From the human T2T-CHM13v2.0 reference genome, Homo sapiens, in assembly GCF_009914755.1 (NCBI RefSeq), contig NC_060926.1: a stretch of DNA of 64,000 bases. One strand, given 5' to 3'. A model generated the notes under the pieces. The model saw only the letters and a list, made by a program, of their open reading frames with translations, ran no database searches and was not told the origin of the DNA. The position numbers and the translations under genes are program-made. The stretch's first letter is position 1. Each line of letters opens with the position of its first letter. Positions 1 through 11,949 of this stretch are shown here, piece after piece.

Positions 1-530
1 GAAAGTTGAAACCCATATATACAATACAAAAACCCCTGGCCACATGGTTACAACAGGTCTCACCTAATTCCTTATGGTCTTTTAATTTATTCAATTGGTT
101 GTATTTAATCCTAGGTTTATGGGTCAAATGCATTTTGCAAACTGGAATTGTCATATTACTATTAATTCTTATTTTATTTTTATTGTAAAGCTTGTATCTG
201 TTACTTGTTAAATTTTTGCAGAATTAAAGCTACTAACAGAATAATCACTGGTCTAGTACTTTGAAATAATAGTAAAGGGCTACAGAACAGACTAAATTAA
301 ACTTAATCCTGGACTCCAGGTGAACTTAGCCTGAAAGCCATTCCCTTCAAACCTCCCTTTTTGCTTAAATGTGGCTAACAATAGTTTTGACACTCATTTC
401 TAGTTGCCAATCACTCCACCAAAACATGGGACAAGAACAACAAGGTCCATGCTGCCACCACAGAATACAAAAACCTAACTACAGGATGATCAGTTGTTTT
501 TGGAGAAATACTGTGATCAGAAGGAAGAAA
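1..530 (+). mobile_element. 3' end of ERV1 (MER4-group) internal region with env transmembrane remnant and polypurine tract
   Basis: ORF 6-188 reads ATWLQQVSP..SFNLFNWL..LGLW..ILQTGIVILLLILILF, resembling the membrane-proximal and TM segments of env. The purine run AGAAGGAAGAAA (519-530) abuts the LTR TG start. Confidence 0.7.
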
Positions 531-994
531 TGTGAAAGATATCAGAATAAAAATCAAGTTACTATTTTAAAAAACCTGCCAAATAGAGCTAGATAAGATG
601 TGAAGAGCGGGTTCTCACACTTGTATGAATAATAACAAAAATTATTAAAAATGACTCTACAAACTCAAAAATTTGCATGAAGGCCATTACAACCTTACAA
701 AAAAAGAAAAATACTTTTGCAAGCAAATCTGCCAAGCAACTGCCTTTTCAACCTTGGACTGCCTTTTCAACCTTGGTCCCTCTTGTTATTAATCTTTATA
801 TCCAAGGATAATACTTTTAAAACAATTATGTAACCATTTTCATTTTTTTCTTTAAAAACCTTTGTCTTCTTTTACCTCCCTGAAATATGCTCACATGTTA
901 CTATGAAATGTGTATTTCCATTGCAATGCTCTATTCTCAAATAAGCATCATTTTCTTTTAGAGAGCCTCTCTCTGTTTGCTATTTAGGTTGACA
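531..994 (+). mobile_element. ERV1 3' LTR (MER4 group, MER72-like)
   Basis: Starts TGTGAAAGATATCAGAATAAAAATCAAGTTACT and ends TTTAGGTTGACA (TG...CA termini), directly after a PPT. Subfamily name is recalled, not searched. Confidence 0.75.
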
Positions 995-1553
995 ATAGGT
1001 AGATGCAATTTTATATGTGATGATCTGATTATATAAGTAGAATTTATATTTTATAGCTAATATATACATTGCATACATACATTTAAATACACATATTTTA
1101 CTTAAAACATACATATATATAACATACATTATTAATAAATAGAAATACACTTGTTACATCAATAGGAAGTCATTGCAATTCTCCAATGTTGTAACATTAG
1201 ATTTATGACACAGAAAATTATCCATTGACAGAAATAAGATTGGAAAGTTATGAGCAGTTAGAGTACAAGGTCTAGGGAGGATGTTGCAGTGACACAGAAC
1301 AGAAGTAATGCAGGACTCTTACAGTGAGGATGGACCAAAGTAAATGAAATTGAAAGGAGACATAGACACTTACAAAAATAATCTGCAGCAGCCATGCACC
1401 TTGAGAAGTAAGAATGAGCCATAGGTTGACAAAAAAGGGGTTTGATGACAATCTGCTTAGTTAGATCTCCAGTACCTATTCCCAACTCTTCTTGTCTAAG
1501 CTTTCTCGCCTACAAACCCCACAAAACTGAAAGAATATTATCAACAATTAATG

Positions 1554-3541
1554 GCATCCCTATTCCCTGAGACACAACATTATGGAAATTAGGCCAAATA
1601 ATAACGCCAAAATGGGTTCTAAGTGTCCAAGTGAAAGGAAGAGTTGCACATTTTTCACTTTAAATAAAAAATACAAATAATTAAGCTTAGTGGAAAAGTC
1701 AGGTTGAAAACTGAGAGAGGCCAAAATCTAGCTTTCTTGCACCAAACAGAGAGCCAAGTTGTGAATGCAAAGGAAAAGTTCTTGAAGACAATTAACATTT
1801 CCATTCCAGTGAACACGAGAATGATAAGAAAGTAATACAGTCTTATTTCTGATATGAAGAAAGTTTGAGTGGTCCATGTAGAAGATTAAATCAGCCACAA
1901 CATTCCCTTAAGACAAAACCTAATTAGTAGCAAGGTCCTAATTCTCTTCAATTCTGTGAAGGCTGAGTGAGTTGTGGAAACTACAGAAGAAAAGTTTGAA
2001 GCTAGTAGAGGTTGGTTTGAAAGGCTTATAAAAAGGAGCCAGCTCTGTAACATTAAAGTGGAAAGTAAAGCAGCAAGTGCTGATGGAGAAGATGCAGCAA
2101 GTTTCTATCAGATCTAACTAAAATCACTGATGAAGGTGGCCACACTACATAAAAGATTTTCAATGTGGACAAAACAACATTCTATTAGAAGACGTCATCA
2201 ATAACTTTTATAGCCAGAGAGAAGTCATTGCCTGGCTTCAAGTCTTCAAAGGACAAGCTGACTTGCTTGTTAAGAGGCTAATGCAGCTGGTGACTTTTAG
2301 TTAAAGCCACTGCTCATTTACCATTCTGAAAATCCTGGAGTCCTTAATAGTTACACTAAATCTACTCTGTCGGTGCTTTATAAATTGAACAACAAAGTCA
2401 GAATGATAACACCTCTCTATAAAGCATGGTTTACTGAATAGTTTAAGCCCATTATGGAGGCCTATTGTTCAAAAAATAGAATTCCTTTCAAATTATTACT
2501 GCTTATTTACAATGCACAAAGAAGCCCAAGATCTCTAATGGAGAAGAACAAAGAGCCAGCCATCCTGCAGCCCATAGATCAAGGAGTCATTTCAACTTTC
2601 AAGTATCATTATTTGAGAAATAACATTTCTTAAGGTGATGGCTGTCATAGGTTTTCCTCTAATGAAACTTGGAAAATTAAATCGAAAACTTTCTGGAATA
2701 GACTGACCATTCTAGATGACATTTAGAACATTTGTGATTGATACAATGAGGTCAAAGTATCAACATTAAAAGGAGTTTGAAGAAGTTTATTCTAACCTTC
2801 ATGGATGACTGTGAGGGGTTCAAAGTTTCAATGGAGGAAAAACTGAAGATGTGATGAAAATAGAGAAGTAGCATTAGAAGTAGACCCTGAAAATGTGACT
2901 GAATTGTGGCAGTCTCATGATAAATCTTGAACAGATGCAGAGTCCCTTACTGATGAGCAAAAGAACTGGTTTCCTGAGATGGAATCTACCCTTAATGAAG
3001 ACACTGTGAATATTGTTAAACCACAAAGGATTCATAATATCTTTATATATAAAGCAGTGGCAGGGTTTGAGAAAACTAACTTCAATTTTGAAAAAAAGTT
3101 TTACTGCCGGTAAATGCTATCGAACAGCACCACATACTCTAGAGAAATCTTTTATGAAAGGAAGAGTCCATTGATCCTACAAAGTGTATTGTTGTTTTAT
3201 TTTAAGAAATTGAAACAGCCACTCCAACTTTCAGCAACCACCATCCTGATGAGTCAGCAGTCATCAGTGTGAATGCAAGACCCTCCTGCAGCAAAAAGAT
3301 TACAAATCACTGAAGGTTCAGATGATTGTTAGCATTTTTTAGCAATAAAGTACATTTTTAAATTAAAGTATATACTTTTTTAAACAAGTTGCTATTGCAC
3401 ACTCAAATGACTATAGTATGGTGCAAAGCTAACTTTAATAGGCACTGAGAAACCCAAAAATTCCTAAGCCTTACCTTACTGTAATATCTGCTTTACTGTC
3501 ATTGTCTGGAACTGAAGCATACCATCTCCATGGCACGCCTA
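1554..3541 (+). mobile_element. Tigger1 DNA transposon, 5'-truncated, with decayed transposase
   Basis: CCCTATTCCCTGAGACACAAC...ATG(1612)GGTTCTAAGTGTCCAAGTGAAAGGAAGAG matches the Tigger1 transposase start (MASKCSSERKS). Many stops and frameshifts follow. A decayed 3' TIR ATCTCCATGGCACGCCTA is followed by TA. Confidence 0.93.
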
Positions 3542-3542
3542 T

Positions 3543-3778
3543 ATTTTCAAAACCTATAGAACTGTACAACAAATGAGTGAACTCTAAGGTAAACTATGAA
3601 CTCCAGTTAATAACAGCAAATTAACATTTGTTGTAGCAGATATACCGATTAATGTGAAATATTCATAATAGGGAAAACTGTGCAGTGAGGGTGTGGGCAT
3701 ATTTAGGAGCTCTCTGTGCTTTATCCTTAAATTCACTGTAATTTTTAAACTGTTCTAAATTAAATTTATTAATAAAAA
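3543..3778 (+). mobile_element. L1MC-type 3' UTR end
   Basis: CAAAACCTATAGAACTGTACAAC...GTAAACTATGAACT...GGGAAAACTGTG...AAACTGTTCTAAA follows the L1MC1/2 3' end pattern. Confidence 0.75.
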
Positions 3779-3794
3779 TGATCAAAGTCTCTGG

Positions 3795-6700
3795 ACATTA
3801 TTCTAAAGAAATATAGCAAATGATAAAGTATTTATTCAAGAAAATTTACTAAGACTTAGTAAGAACAGTGAGAATGTGTGACATTTGAGCCGTACCTCTT
3901 TCTGTACCTCGTATACTGCCAGCTCATCTTGGAGGAAGCTCCAAGTAAACAAGAAGACAAGGCTCTGTTTTCCCCTACATGCAAATAAATTGTTACCGTA
4001 GTCTACTAGTAAAAACAGACCTCCAGCATTTTGTCACCTGCAATTTCAGTTTGAAGAGGCCAAATTCTTAGAACAGCTAAGAAGTCAAGAACTCTTTTGT
4101 CCATTCAACCTGAAATCATACATGAAGGCTCTACCCTGGCATGGTAGGCAAAGAGTACTGCATTCTTTATTGCCCTTGCCCTAGCAGGGCAGAAATTCCA
4201 CACACAGTGAGGCAGGCTGAGAGCACCAGTGGTTACCATACCCCCCAGGCTCAGAAACTTTGCCCAGGGGAGAGGGAATCCATAAGAAAATAGAGCTTCA
4301 AAACTCTCCTTAATGAAATTAATCTGAAAAAGGGTAAGGAAATCATGGCTTAAGGACACTCTCAAAAACAATAGTTTATTTTCATTTAAATCAACAAGCT
4401 CAACTATAAATCAGGCTGTTCACCAGAAAGATCAGGAAAAGAGACAGCTAGCAAAAGCACTACTAGAATCAGAGCAAACCTCAAATGCTGGACTAAAAAC
4501 TACCCCTGCCAGAATTTAATTGGATCAGACAGCTGGGAATTTATACTCCAGGGCATTCTTGAAAACTACAGTGTTAAGCTGGCAGTTAGTGGAGCCTAGA
4601 GTCTAATACCAAATGAGCTACATAGTTTAACATAGACATTAGAAAAAGAGACAAAGAGAGCCAGCTAAAAATTACTGTCATTCCAGAGTGCAGGAATGAC
4701 ACACATGAACTGTGTGCAGGTTCATGTTTGCACCTTCTGAAGAAGAACAGCAAAGACTAACTGTGAGGGAAATTGGCTTAATTAAAATAGCCTAGTGAAG
4801 TCACAAAACGAATTAACAGAAAAGCAGTAAGACTAAGTCTCAGAGATAAGGGAGGGAAATCAGTATCCAGAGTTGTTACAATGTATTACCTAAACTGTTC
4901 AGATTTCAACAACAACAAACATTTTCAGAGAGACAAATAAATGGGAAAGACTGTCACACAATGGAAAAAAATAACAAGAAACAGAATCTGCCTGTGAGAG
5001 GAACCAGATGTCACATTTAACAAATACTTCAAAGTAATAATTGTAAATATGTACCCAAAACTAATGGAACCCATGCTAAAAGAAGTAAAAAAAAAATTAA
5101 TATCTCATTAATAAAGAGATAGAAATTATAACAAGCCAAATAAAAATTCTAGAGTTGAAAACAATAATAACATTTTTTAATATTACAGAAATAGCACAGT
5201 GGATATGAACTGGCAGAAGAAAGAATCAACACACTCGAAGGCAATTTAATAGAGATCATGCAATCTGAAGAATGCAGGAAAAGTAGAATGAAGGAAAATG
5301 AAGGGAGCCTCAGAGAACTGTGGGACAAATTTAACTGCACCAACTATAGTGTAATGGAAGTCCTAAAATGAGAGGAAAAAGAAATGAGAAGAAAAATATT
5401 CAAAGAAATAATAATTGAAAACTTCCCAAATTGTCTAAAATATATTAATGTACATATCCAAGACTCAATTCCTATAGGTAGGATAAATGTAACAACATAC
5501 ATAACCATATAAATCATGGTAAATATGCTAAAAGACAAAGTTATTGAGAGGGGCAGGATAAAGCAACTCATTATATTTCAGGGAAGCCCCATACAACTTC
5601 CAGGTAATTTCCCATTAAAAACTATGAAAACCAAGGGGCAATGGGATATTATACACAAACTGACAAAGAAAAAAATCAGCCAAGCATCTTTCTAAACTAT
5701 CAACAACAGTATAGAGAAACAATCTTTCAAAAATGAAGGCAACATAAAAATATTAAAAAATAAAGACAAATAAAAAAAACTGGAGAATTTGTTTTTACTT
5801 TGCATGGCCTAACAGAAATTCTAAAAGAAGTTATTCAGGCTGAAAGCAAGTAAATCCAGATGAAAACTTAAATTCCTTTTCTAAAAAAAAGAGTGCTAAT
5901 AAATATTAATTATGTAATTAGTTTTTTTAAAGTATAAATGCATATATATTCATCTTTATTCTCCTAACAGGTTTAAAATGCAATTGTTTAAAACATGGTG
6001 TACATGATTTTATTGCTTGCCTTGTAAAATACACAAATATAGAGTATTTAACAATAACATAACAAAGAACAAGTGGAGAATTAAAGTTGTATCAAAGTAA
6101 GACAGTGACACTAGTCATCTCTCAACAGGAATGTTGAGAATCAGAAACAGTAACTAGGAAAGTAAATATAAGAAATACTATGAAATAAGCATGTTTTCCT
6201 TTTTTATCAGTTCTGATTAATATTAAGTTATATTAAGTAATAATTATAGTACTGAGTTTGCAACATATAGTATGAATAACATTACTAGGATAAAAATAGG
6301 GAAGAGGAAATAGCGCTATATAGGAGTAATATTTGTGTATCTCACTGGAATTAACTTGCTATAGATCTAAATTATATTCTGATAAGTTAAGAGGTATTTG
6401 GAACCACTACAGCAACCACTAAAAATAACTAAAAATAAATATAGTGAAAAAAATTAAGGAAATTTAAATCTTACACTAGGTAATGGCCTAATGCAAAAGA
6501 AAGCAGTTAAGGAGGAATAGAGGAAAGAAAAAGAGATGGGATATAAAAAATATCTAAAAACAAAAATAACAGATGTAAAGCAATTATAACAATTAAAATG
6601 TAAAATTTTTGATAGATTAAACAATCTAATCAAAAGGCAGAGAATGGTGGATTGGATTAGAAAAAGGGATCAAATTATATACTGTCAATATGAGATACTT

Positions 6701-6887
6701 TAGATTAAAAAATACAAATAAGTTAGATATGCTGTTCTATACCTATAGTCCCAGCTACTCTGAAGGCTGAGGCAGGAGGATCGCTTGAGCCCAGGAGTTT
6801 GAGGCCAGCTTGGGCAACAGAGTGAGACACCCCTCTCTTAAAAAGAAAAATGGGTTGAATATAAAATGATACCATACAAACAGCAAC
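3795..6887 (+). mobile_element. Old L1M: 5' UTR, decayed ORF1 and start of ORF2 endonuclease
   Basis: A-rich strand with ORF1-like motifs (GAAAACTTCCCAAAT, AAGAAGTTATTCAGGCTGAA). The EN start AATCAAAAGGCAGAGAATGGTGGATTGGAT resembles PIKRQRL..WI. Interrupted by a FLAM at 6731-6850. Confidence 0.8.
6731..6850 (+). mobile_element. FLAM-type monomeric Alu
   Basis: Single arm TAGTCCCAGCTACTC...GGATCGCTTGAGCCCAGGAGTTTGAGGCCAGC...GAGAC with a short A tail. Confidence 0.85.
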
Positions 6888-7702
6888 TTATATGGAAGGA
6901 GGGCAGGGAAGTGCTGGGCAGAGGAGGGTGTGGTCCCTGGCTTAGGGCCCCACTGCCGGGTCTGTGCCCACGGACCTAGGTGAGGACAGGCACTCCTTCC
7001 TTCACATCCAAATGTTGCATTTCCCAAGACCACCCTGGCCTGCCATGCCCCCATCCTGTGCCTATAAAAAAACTCTGAGACCCAGTGGCCACCCACTCAA
7101 GCAGCTGGATGTCAAGAGGAAGACAATGGTGGAAGAAGACACAGCAGCTGGATGTCAAGAGGACACTGGTGGAAGAGCATGCTGACAGATGCCAGCAAGC
7201 CAGCAGGCCTTCAACCAGCTGAATGACAGGGAGTTTGGCTGGGACGGTCAGAGGAGAGCCCGGGCTGCTAAGTGGCCTGAATCCAGGTGAAAACCTCCTT
7301 CAAACTCCATCTCCCTTCTGGCTCCCCATCCATCTGCTGAGAACTTCCACTCAATAAAACCTTGCACTCATTCTCCAAGCCAATGTGTGATCCAATTCTT
7401 CCAGTACACCAAGGCAAAAAACCTTGTGATACAGAAAGGCCTCTGTCCTTGTGATAAGGCAGGGGGTCTAATTGAGCTAACACAGCTGCCTATGGATGGC
7501 TGAACTAAAAGAGCACTCTGTAACACACACCCACTGGGGCTTCAGCTATAAACATTCACTCCTAGACACTGCCATGGTGTCAGAGCCCAACCTGGCCATC
7601 TGCATGCTCACCCTAGTGGTTTGAGCAGCAGGGCACTGAAGAAGTGAGCCACACCCCCATCACATGCCCTGAGATGGGGATAAGGGAACTTTTCCCATTT
7701 CA
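6888..7702 (+). mobile_element. LTR1-family 5' LTR (HUERS-P2)
   Basis: GGGAAGTGCTGGG...GTGCCCACGGACCTAGGTGAGGACAGGCA is an LTR1 signature. TATAAAA at 7063, AATAAA at 7353, and the LTR ends GGGAACTTTTCCCATTTCA. Confidence 0.88.
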
Positions 7703-9250
7703 ACTGGGGGCTCATCCTGGATCTCAGAAGGTGAGTGTGAGTGAATACAAAACTGTAAGGCCTGCCTCTCTTCCAAAACGCTACCACCTCTCTCTCTTTC
7801 CTGCAGGTAAGAGGCTCTGTTTCCCTTCACAGAGTCTTAAAAACTCTGCCCTAACAGGGCCGGTCAAAACCCTTAGACTTCATTTTTTGTCTCTTTCACA
7901 GTTTAAAATGGCTTTTATCTCTTCCATTATAATGTTAAGAGTTTTGCTACGGACTGCAGCAATGTTACTAAGTAAAATGAGCATTTGGCTCAGCCACCAA
8001 AGGTGCAAATCAGACCAATTTTTCCTGGAGGTGCCATGTATGCCTCCACCATGACAGCCATAGGCACACACGGCTCAGGGCACCTCTCCTTATCATTTCC
8101 CCTCCGAGCTCGGGCATCTAGTGTGCCTGCAGCAGGCAAAGGCCATACCCAACAGCCAGGAGACAGGTGTGGAAGAAAGCTGTGGCAGTACCCGTGATCC
8201 CACAGGGCCACCCTCCCACAGACGGGCACTTCTTGCCCACGGCACCAATGGAACCTTTTCTTCCCTGGCCAAGGAATTCAACCGGGTCTGAACTGGGGGA
8301 AAGATACAAGGATTAGAAAGGCCCACTTGCACTGAGCAAGAGGTTTTTCCCCCAGGGTCTCCCACTTTTGCCCCCTTAAACTGCTTTTCTTTTTTTTCCT
8401 TTTCTGAGAGGGCTCCCCCTCCCAAATCTGTTTCTGATAGGGAAGTTAATGGAGGAACGACCCCTGCTGGCTGATAACTGCAAATTCAGCAGGGCACATT
8501 TGGGACACTAAACAGATAAAAACCAGCCCCTAAAATACCTTTTCAGTCCCGAACTTGATTCCAAGCTTCAGGCTGAGGCCCTAGAAAGAAAAACCAGGTC
8601 TGAGGGATCCGAAGCCAGGCAACAGGAACAATGTAAACAGGCAGGACCAATTCCTGCAGACTAAATGCCCCCACCCCACAGAAGGAGCCCATGGTCCATG
8701 GCATAAATAGGCCGAGGCAACTCAAAGTTAGCCGACAGCAGGAAGAAAGGGAGGCATAGTTGAGGGCAGTTGAGTCCTATTCTCTAGGTTTTCCCTGCTT
8801 CATGGGTACATACCACATCCGTACCTATGGTCAGCACCTGCCAAAGTCATCGGGGCTCAGGGATAAGAGGTGGAAAAGAAAGGGAGGATGCTTGCTTTCT
8901 CTCTCCATCACACCCTGAGTTTTTTCTGAAAGAAGGAAGAGAAATGAGGGACACCTCTATTCCCTGTCTTTCAGAATGGGCAACCAGTTCTCTTTACCAC
9001 CCCCAGCTTATACTCCTCTAGAGTGTATCCTGAACCATTGGGACTGCTTTGACCCTCAGAATCTGGAGGAAAAGTGCCTCATAGCTCTCTGCACACAGGT
9101 TTGTTCAAATTATAATTTACAGCCAGCACTGGCTTGGACTCAGGAAGGAACCATTCATTTCAATACCATCCAGCAGTTGACACTTTTCTGTAGACATGAG
9201 GACAGATGGTCTGAGGCCCCATATGTGCAGGCTTTGTATACCTTGCAAGC
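7703..9250 (+). mobile_element. HUERS-P2-like internal region (leader plus 5' gag), rest deleted
   Basis: PBS, then a ~1.27 kb leader, then gag MA coding sequence that switches abruptly into LTR sequence. Confidence 0.82.
7705..7722 (+). promoter_or_regulatory. Primer binding site for tRNA-Pro
   Basis: TGGGGGCTCATCCTGGAT matches the canonical Pro PBS TGGGGGCTCGTCCGGGAT at 16/18, 2 nt after the LTR CA. Confidence 0.9.
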
Positions 9251-9374
9251 CAAGGTGTATAAACCTTGCAAAGACCACCCTGTAACGCATGCCCACTGGG
9301 GCATTCGTTACCCCCAGCTGTGGGGTTGGAGCCTTCACAACCTGCCCATCTGCATGCTTCCCCTAGAGGTTTGA
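8976..9374 (+). pseudogene. gag: Truncated gag: ~91 aa matrix domain fused in frame to LTR-derived tail (132-aa open ORF)
   Basis: MGNQFS..TPLECILNHWDCFDPQNL..LI.LC..W..EGTI.FNTI.QL.LFCR.E.RWSE.PYVQA follows class I ERV matrix motifs. Confidence 0.8.
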
Positions 9375-9453
9375 GCAGCAGGGCACTGAAAGAAGTGAGC
9401 CACACTCCCATCACATGCCCTGCAAGTGAGATGAGGGAACTTTTCCCATTTCA
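9255..9453 (+). mobile_element. LTR1 3' LTR remnant (distal ~200 bp only)
   Basis: Similar to 7500-7702 (GGTTTGAGCAGCAGGGCACTGAA...GGGAACTTTTCCCATTTCA). Flanks CAAC (6884-6887) and CAAG (9454-9457) form a 3/4 TSD in the host L1. Confidence 0.85.
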
Positions 9454-11775
9454 CAAGCATAATAAAGCTAAAGTGGCTATAATAATATCAGAAAAAAATG
9501 AATTTTAAAGCAAAGAAAAATGTACTATAGATGAGGAAATTTTATAATGTTAAAAAGGTCAGTCCATCAGGAATTAATACAAATGATGAACATTTGTAGC
9601 AAATAACAAAAGCAAATTACAAATTCCCCAAAATACGTGAAATGAAAACTAAAAGAATTGCAGGAAGAAAGAAACAATTCAACAATAATAGTGGAATCCT
9701 CAATATCTAAGTTTCAACAATGTATAGAACTAGGCTGATGATCAACAAGAAACTAGAAGACACCAAAAAAACCCACACATACTAGACCTAAAAGACATCT
9801 ATAGAACACGTCACCCAGAAACAGCAGAACACACATTCTTCTCAAGTGCACTGTGAGCAATTTTCAGGATAGACCATGTGTTAGGCCACAAAACAAGCCT
9901 CATTTAATTTGAATTAGTTGAAAAATATAAAGTACATTTTCTGATCACACTGTAGTGAAATTTAAAAAATAAATAGCAGAAAAAAGAGGAAATTAAGAAA
10001 AATATAGAAATTAAACAACCCACTTTTAAACAAAGAACAAGTTAAAGCAGTGGTCATGATAAAAATTAGAAAACAGTTTGAGAGAATGAAAATGAAGACA
10101 CGACTTATTAAAACATAAAGAATTCAGCTAAAGTAGTGCATAAATGGAAATTTATAGCCATAAATGTGCGTATTTTAAGAAAAATTTCAAATCAACAATC
10201 TAACTTTCTACTTAAGGCACTGGAAAAAGAAAAATATATATACCTGGCAATTTGAAGGAAGAAAGTGATAAGGATTAGAACAAAAAATGATGAAATGGAG
10301 GATAGAAGAAAAGAGAGTAAACAAAATAAACAGCTGCTTATTAAAAAAAATTTTAAGTGACAAACTTATAGTTAGACTAAACAAGAAATAAGGAAGAAAA
10401 ATTTACATTATTAATATCAATAATAAAAGGATAGACATTACTACCAAACTTAAGGAAATAAAAAGAATTCTAAGAGAATACTATAAAAAAACGATATGTT
10501 AACAAATTAGAACACTTAGATGAAATAGACCAATTCCTTAGAAGGCACACACTACTGAAACTGACTCTAGAGGAAATAAAAAATTCAAATAGATATTTAA
10601 CAAAATAAATAGAGTTAGTAAGTAAAACATTTATCAAAAGGGAAAGCCCATGACCAGAATATTTCACTGGTAAATTCCACCAAAGAAGAATTAATTAACA
10701 ATTTTTGATAAACTTAACAATTTTGATAGAAGAGGAGGAAACACTTCTCAACACATTTTATGAGGCTAGCCTTGATACCAAAGCCAGACAAAGATACCAC
10801 ATGAAAAGAAAACTAAAGAAGATCATTTCTTATGAATACCTATTAAAAATTCTCATCATACTAGCAAATGAAATCTAGCAATTATACACCATTTAAAAAG
10901 GGATTTGTTTCAGTAATGCAAGTTTAGTTTAACATTTAAAAATAAATAATTGTAATACTTCTCAGTAAAATAAAGGACAAAAGCCACACAATGATCTCAG
11001 TAATACATTTGACAAAATCCAACACACTTTTATGGATTAAAAAAAAATACTCAACAAACTGCAAATAGAAGGGAACTCTCTCAACAGAAAACATCATGTA
11101 CAAAAAGCCCACAGCTAATATCATGCTAACTGGTAAAAGACTGAATGCTTTCCCCTTAAGCTCAGAAATAAGAAAAGGATACCCACTCTTATTGTGTCTA
11201 TTTGACATTGTGCTAGAGATTCTAGCCAGATAATTTGTTTAAGAAAAATAAATAAGCAAAAAGCATCTAAGTTGGAAAGGAAGAAGTAACACTCTTTATT
11301 TGCATAGGATAATGTCTGGTACATTGGAAACCCTATGGAACCCATTAAATAATAATTAGTGCAAATAAGCTCAGCAAGATTACAGAACACAAGCTCATAT
11401 AGCAAAGTCTATTGTGTTCCTATAAAGAAGCAAGGAACAAGCCAAAAATGAAATGAAGAAAACAATTATATTTATAATAGCATCAAGAAGAATAAAACTA
11501 CTTACAAATAAATGTAGTAAAAGAAATCTAAACTTATACCTTGAAACCACAAAACATTGTTGACAAAAATTAAAGAAGACTATATGAATTGAAAGACTTT
11601 TATGGATCAGAAGACTGAATATTTTTGGGGGGCATAGGGATAATGAAAATGTTCTAAAATTGATTCTGGTAATAATGGATGCTCAACTCTTTGAATATAT
11701 TAAATGCCATTCAATTGTATAATTTACATGTCTGAATTATATGATATAAGAGTTTTCAATAAAACTGTTTAAAGA
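9454..11775 (+). mobile_element. Continuation of old L1M ORF2 (EN to RT) joined to an L1MB-like 3' end
   Basis: Resumes the EN sequence exactly where 6887 stopped. RT-region motifs include CCTTGATACCAAAGCCAGACAAAGA and GCATAGGATAATGTCTGGTAC. At ~11623 it jumps to GAAAATGTTCTAAAATTGATT...CAATAAAACTGTT. Confidence 0.85.
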
Positions 11776-11949
11776 TAAAAATTATCTTTCAATAAAACTG
11801 TTTTAAAAAGTTTATTTTTTATAAAACTGTTTAAAATTATTTTCAAATTGAATTATCTCTATTGTACCCTGTACAATAAATGAAATAAAACCAAATCCAG
11901 TACCCTTGAAATATAAACTCTTCTAATGAGAAAAGCAAATCCTAAAAAG

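Noticed and set aside
1612-3200. Functional Tigger1 transposase (TIGD1-like gene)
   Set aside because: Numerous stops, frameshifts and a deletion near 2550. The ORF track shows no ORF of 60 aa or more here.
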